DNA of 64,000 nucleotides, from NCBI GenBank assembly GCA_963771175.1, contig CAVYSY010000040.1, forward strand, positions 96,001 to 160,000, given 5' to 3'. The number at the start of each line of letters is the position of its first letter. Position 1 is the first letter of the stretch. Below are positions 1 to 9,596 of this stretch, one piece after another. The position numbers were made by a program, and so were the translations under genes. A model generated the notes under the pieces. It saw nothing but the letters and a program-made list of their open reading frames with translations. It was not told the origin of the DNA and ran no database searches. This DNA comes from an uncultured delta proteobacterium (GTDB lineage Bacteria > Myxococcota > Myxococcia > Myxococcales > Myxococcaceae).

Positions 1-525
1 CTCGCGGCAGGCGCGGACGACGGCCTCGTTGAGCGCGTCGTTGCGCAGCAGCGCCAGGGGTCGCTGGCCGACGATGTCCCCGGTCGTCTGCAGCATGGCG
101 CGCAGCGCGTCGTTGTGGCGCACCACGGTGCCCTCGGCATCCGTTACCCAGAGGCCCTCGGCCATGCCATCCAGCACGGCGATGAGGGTGCGCGCCTCCT
201 GGTTGAGGCCTGCGTTGCGAGCGGAGAGCTGCTCGTGCAGCGAGTCGATGGCGCCCCGAAGGCTGGCCACTTCCTCGAGTCGGTCCTGCTCACCCTCGCC
301 GGAGCCTGCCGCGGGCGTGCCGTCGGCTCGGGTGCGGACTTCGCGGGCCAGCGTGAGGAGCTGCCTCTTGAGCGTGTCTCGGCCCACCACCAGCGTCAGC
401 GCGGAGCCGGAGAGGGTGGCGAGCGACACGAAGAGCGCGTCCAGTTGCCAGCCCAGCAGCAGGAAGAGGACGAGCGCCCCGAAGGCGGGGACGAGCAGCG
501 GAATCAGGAAGAGGCGCGGGGGCAT
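1..525 (-). CDS. PhoR-like sensor histidine kinase, N-terminal part (runs off window start)
   Basis: Manual translation from ATG at 525: MPPRLFLIPLLVPAFGALVLFLLLG... with TM segments, then a PAS-like segment (AVLDGMAEGLWVTDAEGTVVRHN). Lies directly downstream of an OmpR/PhoB regulator. Confidence 0.75.
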   Translation of the reverse strand, partial: MPPRLFLIPLLVPAFGALVLFLLLGWQLDALFVSLATLSGSALTLVVGRDTLKRQLLTLAREVRTRADGTPAAGSGEGEQDRLEEVASLRGAIDSLHEQLSARNAGLNQEARTLIAVLDGMAEGLWVTDAEGTVVRHNDALRAMLQTTGDIVGQRPLALLRNDALNEAVVRACRE

Positions 526-532
526 GGGGGCT

Positions 533-1213
533 TCACGGGGGGCTGAGCTTGTAGCCCACGCCGCGCACCGTCTCGATGATGTCGCCCGCGGGGCCGAGCT
601 TCTCGCGCAGGCGTTTGATGTGCGTGTCCACCGTGCGGGTGTGGATCTCCGCCTGGATGCCCCACACGTCCGAGAGGAGCACCTCGCGCGTCTGCACGCG
701 ATCCGTCCGCTCCAGGAGGGTGCGCAGCAGGCGGAACTCCAGCGCGGTGAGGACCACCTCCTGGCCCTTCACCCGCACCTGGTGGCGCGAGGTGTCGAGC
801 TGGATGTCCCCCATGGAGAGCTGGGCCGCCGGCTCCTCCTCGATGTCCGCGCGCCGCAGCACCGCCTTGACCCGCAGCAGCAGCTCGCGCACCGAGAAGG
901 GCTTCACCACGTAGTCGTCCGCACCCAGCTCCAGTCCCTGGACACGGTCGGACTCCTGGCCCTTGGCGCTGACGATGATGACCGGCACCTTGCGCAGCTC
1001 GGAGTCGCTCTTGAGCATGCGCAGCACCTCGCTGCCCGCGAGGTCCGGCAGCATCAGGTCCAACAGGACGAGGTCCGGCGTCTGGGCGCGCGCCTTGGCC
1101 AGTCCGCTCGCTCCGGTGCCCGCCACCTCCGCCTCGAATCCCGCCGCCCGGAGGTTGTACTCCACCAGTCCGGACAGGTCCTGCTCGTCTTCGATGATCA
1201 GGATGCGCGCCAT
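533..1213 (-). CDS. phoB: OmpR/PhoB-family response regulator
   Basis: Receiver domain (IIEDE, LLDLMLP, KPF) plus winged helix (RTVDTHIKRLREKL, ETVRGVGY). Confidence 0.85.
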   Translation of the reverse strand: MARILIIEDEQDLSGLVEYNLRAAGFEAEVAGTGASGLAKARAQTPDLVLLDLMLPDLAGSEVLRMLKSDSELRKVPVIIVSAKGQESDRVQGLELGADDYVVKPFSVRELLLRVKAVLRRADIEEEPAAQLSMGDIQLDTSRHQVRVKGQEVVLTALEFRLLRTLLERTDRVQTREVLLSDVWGIQAEIHTRTVDTHIKRLREKLGPAGDIIETVRGVGYKLSPP

Positions 1214-1391
1214 CGTTCCTCCGAGCCCCCCTCGGGGCCCTTACCGATGGCTAGCAGATTGGCGGTGGCGGTTGAATGACGAGCATGTGACGCCTTGGTG
1301 ACGGGGCTCGTCCGCTCGCTCTGCGCTCAGCGGCTGTTGAAGGGGGAGTGAGCAGGCAAGCAACTCCTGCCGATATGGCACGCAAGGGACC

Positions 1392-1455
1392 TCACTTCTG
1401 GACGTCCAGGAGCATGCTACATCAGCGCACACTGCTTCTGGACGTCTGGAAGTGA
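1392..1455 (+). repeat. 23-bp imperfect inverted repeat / long hairpin
   Basis: 1392-1414 pairs with 1433-1455. The three non-Watson-Crick positions are all G-U on the + strand. Confidence 0.7.
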
Positions 1456-1620
1456 CCCGCGCTGTCGCCGTTGTCGCGGACCCGACGGTGGCGGGCTGGA
1501 TGAGTCGAAAGACCTCACCGGGGCGGACATGGTCATGCCACGTCCTCCGCGTTCTACTGCTCCTTGCTCCGCGACATGGAGCGGGAGATACCCGTGAATG
1601 CCACTGTCTGGTGTCGGTCC

Positions 1621-2653
1621 ATGTCCCGGGCCACGAGGTACGGGGCGGTCCTGGTGTTCGTCGCGCTGCTGGCCGGCTGCGCCACCACCCCCGGCGGGCG
1701 GTCGCCGCTGTGGAACCCGGAAGTGTCACGCTTTCGAGCGCCGCTGACTCCCGCTCCGCCCTCGCGAACCCTCGCGATGATGAGCGACGTGCCGGCGGCG
1801 GGTGGGGAATCCTCCGGGCCTGCGGTTCAGGGCTACAACGTCCCCGGCCGCAATCCGGACTCGCGCATGCCCTGGGAGCTCTTCCTCGGCGGCGCCTCCC
1901 ACCGGCTGATTACCTATATGTACGGGGTCAACTACCCACGCAGCAAAGCCTACTACAATAGAGTGACCATCCAAGACATCGTTACGGAAGAGGGATTGGG
2001 AGACAAGACTCTCCTGCTTCCAGACGAGCGCAAGACGTGTCCGGACATCACTGACATCACACGCCTGGTGCTCTTCGAGGTCAAACCCTGGCATGAGCAG
2101 GGCCTTCTGGAGGGACGTGAGAAGGCGCGCGCCTACCTGGCCGCACTGAACCGGACCATCCTGGCCGGCAAACGCTTCACGGGTGGCACGGACTTTCACG
2201 GCGAAATCCTGGTGCGCTTCGCGCAGGGGCAATACATCTGGCGGCTGGAGTGGAAAACCCAGGAACCCGGAGTGGTCCTCTACCGGTGGGCCCGCAGTCA
2301 GCAACGCTTCGAGTCCGAAGCGGCGGCGTACGCGGCCGCGCAATGGCAGGAACTCACGGCGGAAGAGTTGAAGCACTATGGCGGGTGGGTGGAAAAGGCA
2401 GTGGATGACATGGTCAGCCGGCGTGAGAAACTCGCCACCTTCAGCGGGGCCGTGGGCCTCGTCATCGACCTCGTCGGCGAAGCCGCGAGGGTGGTGCTCT
2501 GGGGGGCGATCATGGAGCAGATGGGCTCAAACCCCGGAGCACAGCAGCCGCCCGCGCAGGGGGGCGGGACAGGTCATCCCCTTCCCGGCGCGGCCTCCAC
2601 CCGCTGCTCCGGCCCAGGTGCCCGCGGCCGCAAGCATGCCCCCTCCCCACTGA
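1621..2653 (+). CDS. Lipoprotein with PD-(D/E)xK-like motif, putative polymorphic toxin (apparent frameshift near 2570)
   Basis: MSRATRYGAVLVFVALLAG-C lipobox and motif PDITDITRLVLFEVKP. A plausible C-terminus (GQVIPFPARPPPAAP...) lies in another frame ending at 2653. Confidence 0.6.
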
Positions 2654-2678
2654 GGACTCGGTTTGCTAGGACAGCCCC

Positions 2679-3485
2679 ATGGCTCCCGGACAGACTGTTC
2701 CACTGCAACTGCCATCCTTCCTGCATGGCACCTACCGCTCGGTCCTGCAGAAGGTGAAGCGGGAGGGGCTGCGGTGCGGCGAGCAGTACCTGAAGGACGG
2801 TACCTTCCCCGCTCCCGTAAAGATGCTGGAGGTTCCTCCGGGCGAGGTGGTGCTGGCGAACGAGGTGGTGGACTTCCAGCATGAGCGCCCGTCATGGCGG
2901 CTGTACATGGTGCTCAAGGTCAAAAGCAGTTTGTACGATGCATTGGAAGGTGTGAATTCGATCGCCGCAAGGGATGCCTACGAGGCGTTCTTCGGTGAGA
3001 CAGCCTGGGGCGCGCTGTTCTTCGCCATTGCTCCATCAGGTCCGGTGAGCGCGGAGCGCACGGCGCGGCGCCTCCAAGCGGTGCTGCGGTTCTGGGAGCC
3101 GCTCCAGAGCGCACGCTACCTCTTCAAGAAACTGGGGGAGGCGCAGACCCTGGAGGAGGTGATGGTGGCCTCCTGTGGTTGGACCATGGATGCGTGGTGT
3201 CCGGAGGCAGGAGGCTCGGTGCGAGAGCGCCTGGGGATAGCGGCGGAGCGCATGGCGCGGGCAACGCGGGAGGACTGCATCAGGGCCATCCTCCGGCAGA
3301 TGCCGCAGGCCCTTCTTGCCGCCGAGCGTGACCTGAAGCACCGGCAGGTGTTGGCCGACCCCGCATACCAACGCGAGCGCCTCACCACGCTCGACTCATT
3401 CTTCTATGAGCGGGTGTCCGCTGCGTGTACGTCGGATTTGATCTGGCTGTTGATCAACTGGGACCACGAGCTCGGGTTGCAGTAG
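2679..3485 (+). CDS. Hypothetical protein, putative immunity partner
   Basis: 268-aa ORF with an RBS-like AGGA and no signal peptide, immediately after the lipoprotein. Confidence 0.55.
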   Translation: MAPGQTVPLQLPSFLHGTYRSVLQKVKREGLRCGEQYLKDGTFPAPVKMLEVPPGEVVLANEVVDFQHERPSWRLYMVLKVKSSLYDALEGVNSIAARDAYEAFFGETAWGALFFAIAPSGPVSAERTARRLQAVLRFWEPLQSARYLFKKLGEAQTLEEVMVASCGWTMDAWCPEAGGSVRERLGIAAERMARATREDCIRAILRQMPQALLAAERDLKHRQVLADPAYQRERLTTLDSFFYERVSAACTSDLIWLLINWDHELGLQ

Positions 3486-3492
3486 GTCGCTC

Positions 3493-3993
3493 TCAGGGCT
3501 CGAAGGTCGGATCGCACTCGCCACCCACCAGGGTGATGGGGGCGGCGATGAGCGGTTCGTTGCGCGTGGCGCTGACGGACTCCAGGAAGTTGCAGGAGCT
3601 GCCGAGGAAGCGCGGCGGGCTGGCGCGGGAGAGCGCCTCGATGACGACGACGTAGTCGCGGCCCACTGGGATGTCCACGGCCACTTCCTGGGCGCCGCCG
3701 CTGAGCCTCGCGTCGAAGCGCAGCGCGCGCGTCTTCTTTCCATCCGTCCCCTGGAGCAGGAGCGCCTCGTCCGGCTTCACCTGCTGGCTGAGGCAGGTGC
3801 GCTGGATGTCTCCGCACCGGCGCGAGTTGCCGTCGGGAAGCACCACCACCTGGAAGGAGCCCAGCTCATCGGCGATGGCCCGGTCGATGGTCACCTCGAG
3901 CCCGAGGCGGGGCCCGGACTCGGGAGGCTCCGCCCCACAACCGACGGCGAGGGTGGTACCCAGCAGGACGAGAAGGGAAGTGCGCGGGCTCAT
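3493..3993 (-). CDS. Lipoprotein of unknown function
   Basis: MSPRTSLLVLLGTTLAVG-C lipobox. ATG at 3993 overlaps the stop of the upstream TPR gene. Confidence 0.7.
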   Translation of the reverse strand: MSPRTSLLVLLGTTLAVGCGAEPPESGPRLGLEVTIDRAIADELGSFQVVVLPDGNSRRCGDIQRTCLSQQVKPDEALLLQGTDGKKTRALRFDARLSGGAQEVAVDIPVGRDYVVVIEALSRASPPRFLGSSCNFLESVSATRNEPLIAAPITLVGGECDPTFEP

Positions 3994-4892
3994 GGATTGA
4001 CGCGAACGGTGATGGGAACGCGGCCGCGCTCCTCGGAGGTGGCATAGACGACGGCGCCAGCGGTGCCCGCAACGGCCACCGCGCCCACCGCTACCCAGAG
4101 CCACGGGCTCTTGTACCAGGCACGCTCACCCACCGTGGCCACCGCCCCCGACTCCGGGGCGATCTGGAAGACGAGCGGGTTGAAGGAGTCCCCACGACCC
4201 GCCAGGCGCCGCTGCGCCGCGTCCGCCACCTCGAAGTAGTACTCCACCTCGTAGGCGGAGGCGGTGGCGGGCAGCTCGTAGGCGGGGATGGTGGCGACGT
4301 AGCGCTCCTTGCTTCCCCGCTCGCGGGTGAAGTCCACCGAGTTGTACGCCTGGGCTCCCGCGCGCCGGTAGAAGAGTCGCGCCCGGGCCCCGAGCGCCAT
4401 GTCCTCGAGCTGCGCCTCGGCCACCACCGGCTCGCCCCCGGGGGCATCCGGGATGGGGTCCACCTGCAGCGTGACGGGGCGCACCCGGCGGTTCTTGATG
4501 TCTTCCTTCAGGCGCGCGTAGAGGTTGCGGATCTTCGGAGGCGTGCTGCGCGGCAGCTCGTAGTCCGGCCGCGCCTGGAGCAGGTTCTCGTAGGCCTCGC
4601 GCGCCCGCTCCTCGTCGCCCAGGTACAGGGAGGTGATGCCGAGCAGCCGGTAGAGCTCCACGAGCTGGTCGTCGGTGACGTCGGGGGCGTCGAGGCCGGC
4701 CTCCAGCGTCTTCACCGCCTCCTCGAACTCCCCGTTCTCGATCTGCTCCTGCGCGCGGGGGATCTCCGGGCGGGCCGGGGCCACCTGGAAGAGGAGGGGT
4801 TGTGGGAAAAGGGGCCGGGCGAGCGAGGCTCCGGGGGCCAGCAGGCTCGCCATCACGATGCTCGCCACCACGCGATTCCGCCAGACGTACAT
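3990..4892 (-). CDS. Secreted TPR protein with C-terminal TM anchor
   Basis: Signal peptide (MYVWRNRVVASIVMASLLAPGASLA), TPR-like helices, and a myxobacterial WYKSPWLWVAVGAVAVAG tail. Confidence 0.7.
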   Translation of the reverse strand: MYVWRNRVVASIVMASLLAPGASLARPLFPQPLLFQVAPARPEIPRAQEQIENGEFEEAVKTLEAGLDAPDVTDDQLVELYRLLGITSLYLGDEERAREAYENLLQARPDYELPRSTPPKIRNLYARLKEDIKNRRVRPVTLQVDPIPDAPGGEPVVAEAQLEDMALGARARLFYRRAGAQAYNSVDFTRERGSKERYVATIPAYELPATASAYEVEYYFEVADAAQRRLAGRGDSFNPLVFQIAPESGAVATVGERAWYKSPWLWVAVGAVAVAGTAGAVVYATSEERGRVPITVRVNP

Positions 4893-4988
4893 TGCCCGCG
4901 ACCCTAGCAGACGGGCATTCGGGCCTCCAATTAGCGGTGGGTCTCGCAACGCACACGGCCTGATGGCATCTATGGAGGTTCAGGCGCG

Positions 4989-5017
4989 TTGACTGCGGGG
5001 GAGAGCCTCCCCATGAT
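4989..5017 (+). promoter_or_regulatory. Putative sigma70 promoter of yceD
   Basis: TTGACT-17 bp-CATGAT upstream of the ATG at 5050. Confidence 0.45.
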
Positions 5018-5049
5018 GCGCGCCCCTTTTTGGATAGGAAGTCGGGTAG

Positions 5050-5628
5050 ATGCTCGTAAAGATTGAAGAAATTCGCGACCCAGGCCTCAAGGTCAACAAG
5101 CAGATGAGCCTGGAGGTGCTGAGCGCCGCGCTGGAGGGCTCCGGCTTCCGGGCCACCGAGCCCCTGTCCGTCTCGGCGAACCTGCGCAAGGTGAGCGGCG
5201 GCGTGCTGGTCGAGGGCCAGTTCACCTCGCGGGTGGTGGCCGAGTGCAAGCGCTGCCTCGTGGAGTCGAAGCTGGAGCTGCCGGTGTCCTTCGCCATCAA
5301 CCTTGTCCCCAAGTCGCTCGCCCGCGGCGAGGACGTGCTGGACGAGGAGGAGATGGCGGAGAAGGACAAGGGGCAGGGTGAGCACGGCGGCTCGTTCGCG
5401 CTGGAGCATGCGGACGAGGAGGTGTTCGACGGCAAGGTCATCGACCTCGAGCCGATCGTGCGCGAGCAGGTCCTGCTGGCCCTGCCGATGAGCACCGTGT
5501 GCCGCGAGGACTGCCAGGGGCTGTGCGTGCAGTGCGGCCAGAACCTCAACGAGAAGCAGTGCGGCTGCGACACGAAGTTCGTGGACCCGCGTCTCGCGGT
5601 GCTCAAGAACATCAAGCTCCAGGGCTGA
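5050..5628 (+). CDS. yceD: YceD/DUF177 ribosome-biogenesis protein
   Basis: CKRCL, IDLEPIVREQVLLALP, CREDCQGLCVQCGQNLN and DPRLAVLK motifs. Confidence 0.9.
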   Translation: MLVKIEEIRDPGLKVNKQMSLEVLSAALEGSGFRATEPLSVSANLRKVSGGVLVEGQFTSRVVAECKRCLVESKLELPVSFAINLVPKSLARGEDVLDEEEMAEKDKGQGEHGGSFALEHADEEVFDGKVIDLEPIVREQVLLALPMSTVCREDCQGLCVQCGQNLNEKQCGCDTKFVDPRLAVLKNIKLQG

Positions 5629-5725
5629 GCCTGGCGCTCACGGACCGGGCTGGAGGCCGAAGGACTCGGCGCCGCGAGGCTGCCGGCCGTAGGCCTCACC
5701 CGGCTCGGCGGAGCTACGGGCGCGC

Positions 5726-6685
5726 TCAGCCGTTCTTGGAAATGTCGCCGTACATCACGCACATGCCGCCGAGCATCTGCAGCCCGGGCACCGAGAGGAT
5801 GGCCTTGTCGGTGCACCCCAGCGCGTCCGCGATCAGGCGGCGCGTCCGCGAGGAGCGCTCGTAGTTGTTGTGGTGCAGGAAGAAGCGGTCCATCCGGGCC
5901 AGGAAGCTGAACCACCGCAGCTCCAGGCTCGGCAGATAGCGGCGAATCGTCGCCAGCTCGTCTCGTTCGAGTGGCCGCTCGTTGGGCGTGGCGTCGGTGT
6001 GGATGGGAATCCGCTGGCGCAGCCTGCGCATCAGAGGCGAGAGGCACATCGGCTCGGAGAAGAGGAAGAACGCTCCGGGCCTGGCACAGCTCACGAGCTT
6101 GCGCATCACCCCGTCCAGTTCGGGGATGAGGTGGTGCAGCACGCCGTCTCCCCAGATGATGTCGAAGGAGTCGTCGAGCAGGTCGGCGGTCTCCACGGGC
6201 GAGCAGATGAACTGGGTGTTGGCCCCCATGCCGTCGAGCTCCGCCCGGCGGTGGCACAGCTCGATGGACCTGGTCGAGATGTCGATGCCCGTCACCCGGG
6301 CGCCGAACCGGGCCATCAGCAGGGCGTTGCTGCCATCGCCGCAGCCCACGTCCAGCACGCGCTTGCCGCGCAGATCTCCCATCAGCCGGAAGCGGAACTC
6401 CTTGTTGAACCAGGGGCGCCGGGTCTCACGGTAGCGCTCGAGCGTGAGCTCATCCATCGCCTGGGCCGGTAGCTTCTCCGCCAGCTGATCGAAGAAGTCC
6501 GACTCGGAGGCCCAGCGCGCCAGCGCCTCGGGCGGCGGCTCGGGAGGGAAGAGCTCCTCGTATCCCGGGGGCACCTCTCTCTGGGTGAGCCGATTCGGTT
6601 CCAGTGCCAGCGTGGGTGAGGGCGCCGCCGGACCCATGTCCACTCCCGCCTCCCACCGCCCGTCCAGGTTCTCCCGCTCTTCCAT
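5726..6685 (-). CDS. Class I SAM-dependent methyltransferase
   Basis: VLDVGCGDG motif I, VTGIDIS, FDIIWGDGVLHHL. Start chosen at ATG 6685 with a GGAGGG RBS. Confidence 0.8.
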   Translation of the reverse strand: MEERENLDGRWEAGVDMGPAAPSPTLALEPNRLTQREVPPGYEELFPPEPPPEALARWASESDFFDQLAEKLPAQAMDELTLERYRETRRPWFNKEFRFRLMGDLRGKRVLDVGCGDGSNALLMARFGARVTGIDISTRSIELCHRRAELDGMGANTQFICSPVETADLLDDSFDIIWGDGVLHHLIPELDGVMRKLVSCARPGAFFLFSEPMCLSPLMRRLRQRIPIHTDATPNERPLERDELATIRRYLPSLELRWFSFLARMDRFFLHHNNYERSSRTRRLIADALGCTDKAILSVPGLQMLGGMCVMYGDISKNG

Positions 6686-6855
6686 CCCACCCTCCCACGC
6701 GCCCATGCGCCCTGAATGACGTGGGTGGGAAGCTAGGAATGCGAGGGATGTGCGTGAAGCGCCCCAGGCCGGGCTTTCTCGACTTGTCAGACGGAGTACT
6801 CGCCCTCGCGAGGGAGTGCTCCGTACCCGACGGCTCACGTGTCCCGAGTCGTTGA

Positions 6856-9450
6856 TTACCGGCGCCGCCGCCCGTGGGCCAACACTCCACCCAGGGCGAG
6901 CAGGCTCCAGGCGAGCACGAGCTCCCCACCCCCCGCGGCACACGACAGGCTCGGAGGCAGGCTGGGGCCGGAAGCGGGAATGGAGGGCTCCGGTCCGTCG
7001 AGGGGGGGCGGCATCGTGCCGGAGCCATCCGTGGGCGGGGCGTCGGGCTCGAGCGGGGGCAGCGGGTCGGGGTCGACCGGAGCCGGAGGGGGCACGGACG
7101 GCGACTCTTCGCTCTTGCCCACGACGAGGGTGTCGCCCTCGCGCTGGAAGGGGACCTCCGCGCCGTTCCACAGGACGCGGGTGGCGAGGGGCGCATGGAC
7201 GCGGGGATTGCTCAGGGCGGTCCCGGACAGCCGCAGCGTCTCGGCGTTGAGCCCGTCCGCTTCCAGCAAGCCCATGGCGCTGCCCTGGCTGACGAGCGTG
7301 CGCGAGGCATCGGCCAGGCTCGTACCTTGGACCAGCAGGACCCGGGTCGGCGTGGTGCCCTCGTACCGGACGACGCCGGAGAGTCCCGCCAGCACGAGTC
7401 CTCCCGCCATGCGGCGCTGCTCGGGGAGGTCATTGAAGATGGCGGAGGAGGAGGTCGTGCCCTCGGTCACCGTCAGCCCGGCGTCGGGCTCCTTGGCATC
7501 GAGCGCCGTCACCGTCGGGCGCGAGGCCCAGGCCGACTCCGGCGTGGGCACCAGGGCCGTGAGGAAGGTGGTGTTGGCGGAGGCGGTGGTGGGCTTCACC
7601 TCGGCGTTGACGACGTAGCCAGCGGAGTTGAGCCGCTGGATCTGCGCCGGCCGCTGCTGGGTGAACGTGGCGTCGAAGGAGGCGGGGGCCACCACGGCCA
7701 CGCCCAGGGCCTGGTTGTTCTCGCCGCGACCGTGGAGCCAGCTCCCCTCACGGGTCGCGCCGTTCATGAAGTGGCAGGACCAGCGGTAGACGTGGGACTT
7801 CGTCGCCTGCACCACGTCTCGCAGCACCACCCACCGGCGGTCGAGGAAGAGGGCATGGCGATCCCATCGGCGCAGCCCCGTCGTGGAGGCGTAGAGCGTG
7901 GAGCCGTCGCCGATGGTGTAGCCGAAGTGCTCGCTGGAGCCGAAGAAGGGGATGCCTCCCTTGCGACCGAGGTACCAGCTATAGGCCGCGGCGGAGTCGC
8001 TCTTGTCGCGCACGCCCTCGCCGAGCTGGCCCACGCCGTCGAGGGTCAGCGAGTTGTGGAAGACGGTCTGGTTGGCCGCCGGCCCCGGCGAGTTGGCGTG
8101 GCCGATGTAGTAGCCGGCCGCCTCGGGTGCGAGCCAGGAGCCGTTGCCGTACAGGTAGAAGCCGTTGTCGTCGGCGTGGTTGTGGCCGAAGTTCAGGACG
8201 CCTCGCGGCTCCATTCCGCTCTGCAGCCACTTCCAGCCGGCCATGCCGCCGTACGGGCCGTTCTTGAGCGCGAACAGCAGCGAGCCCTTCCCCCAGCCGC
8301 TGCGGAACACCGCCGCCTGCTGGTTGTCTCCGTACCAGTCGAGCGGCAGGGTGCGCAGGTCCGTCGAGCTCACGGTCGGATCGTAGAAGAGGAACTCGAA
8401 CACACGCTGGTTGAGCTCGGGCGCGTAGCTGGAGGCGGACGTGCCGCGCATCCAGGTGTCCGCCGTGGCCTGGGCCACCGGATCCCGATACCTCGTCGCC
8501 GCGTAGCGCAGGGACATCAATCCCATGTCCGGGCTGAAGCCGTAGAAGTCCCCGTGCATGAGCAGGTACTGAGAGGGCCGCTCCGGGAGCTGCGAGTAGG
8601 CGAAGGCGCGGGGGAAGTGCTTCACCAGTCCCAGATCGCCCACGTCGATGTGGGTGGTCCGCTTCAGCGCGCTGACGAACGGCAGGTACCAGCTCAGCCC
8701 GTAGAGGAGGTAGCCGGTGCCCTCGTGGTACGTGCCATCCGTGACCAGGTCCATCACCTGCTTCACCTTGCGCGCGTTGCTCACGGAGAGGTCGAGCCAG
8801 GGTTGGGTGGTGGCATCCGGCAGCTCCCCGCGCGTGGCGAGCGCCGTGAGCCCGATGGCTGCGTGGTTGATCCAGTTGTGGTTCTGCAGGTACTCGTCCG
8901 CCCACCAGGAGCCACTTCTTGACGCCTGTGCCAGGGCGGTGGCGTTCTGCTGGAGGGTGGCGCGGACCTTCGTGGCCTCGGCGGAGGTGAGCCGAGGGGC
9001 CAGCAGATCGTAGGCCACCGCGAGGCCTCCCAGCAGATGGGCCTGCATCAGATCGTGCGAGCCATCCAGGTCGAGGTTGCCCCACGAGGACACGCTGAGC
9101 AGCCAGCCCTTGGCCAGATCGAGGTAGCGGCTGTCGGTGGACACCTGCGACACGAAGGCGAACACCACCAGCATGTTGCCGATATCCCGGCGATCGCCGA
9201 GCTGCTTGGTACTCCCGGTCGCCTTCCAGGTGACCTTTCCGGACGAGGAGACGGTGGTGTCCAGGTAGCCCGTCGTTCCCTTCAGGAGGGGTTGGTAGAT
9301 GGCCTGATGGGTGGACGAGGCCTTCTGACGGAGGTCCTCCACCTGCGCCGCCTCGAAGAAGAGGCTGGGATGCGGCCCCGCCAGGGCCGGCAGGGAGATC
9401 CACAGCACCAGCCAGAGCAATGACCGCGCACGCGCGAGGAAGTGCCTCAT
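6856..9450 (-). CDS. Secreted heparinase II/III-like (DUF4962-type) polysaccharide lyase with MYXO-CTERM-like tail
   Basis: Signal peptide; NHNW, HEG, GHNHADDN and FHNS motifs typical of the Hepar_II_III/oligoalginate lyase group; Pro-rich linker; C-terminus SCAAGGG...LLALGG...RRRR. Confidence 0.7.
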   Translation of the reverse strand: MRHFLARARSLLWLVLWISLPALAGPHPSLFFEAAQVEDLRQKASSTHQAIYQPLLKGTTGYLDTTVSSSGKVTWKATGSTKQLGDRRDIGNMLVVFAFVSQVSTDSRYLDLAKGWLLSVSSWGNLDLDGSHDLMQAHLLGGLAVAYDLLAPRLTSAEATKVRATLQQNATALAQASRSGSWWADEYLQNHNWINHAAIGLTALATRGELPDATTQPWLDLSVSNARKVKQVMDLVTDGTYHEGTGYLLYGLSWYLPFVSALKRTTHIDVGDLGLVKHFPRAFAYSQLPERPSQYLLMHGDFYGFSPDMGLMSLRYAATRYRDPVAQATADTWMRGTSASSYAPELNQRVFEFLFYDPTVSSTDLRTLPLDWYGDNQQAAVFRSGWGKGSLLFALKNGPYGGMAGWKWLQSGMEPRGVLNFGHNHADDNGFYLYGNGSWLAPEAAGYYIGHANSPGPAANQTVFHNSLTLDGVGQLGEGVRDKSDSAAAYSWYLGRKGGIPFFGSSEHFGYTIGDGSTLYASTTGLRRWDRHALFLDRRWVVLRDVVQATKSHVYRWSCHFMNGATREGSWLHGRGENNQALGVAVVAPASFDATFTQQRPAQIQRLNSAGYVVNAEVKPTTASANTTFLTALVPTPESAWASRPTVTALDAKEPDAGLTVTEGTTSSSAIFNDLPEQRRMAGGLVLAGLSGVVRYEGTTPTRVLLVQGTSLADASRTLVSQGSAMGLLEADGLNAETLRLSGTALSNPRVHAPLATRVLWNGAEVPFQREGDTLVVGKSEESPSVPPPAPVDPDPLPPLEPDAPPTDGSGTMPPPLDGPEPSIPASGPSLPPSLSCAAGGGELVLAWSLLALGGVLAHGRRRR

Positions 9451-9596
9451 GGATGTGAAATGCCACATTTATTTCCGGCAACTTCACACGGAGGCGGTGG
9501 AGCGCCTGGTCGCCAGGCTGCTCCTGGAGCGCCTCCTCACGGGCCGAGCCTCCCGGAGCGCGAGGATTCCTACCCTTCTCGGAGAGAAGGACACGC

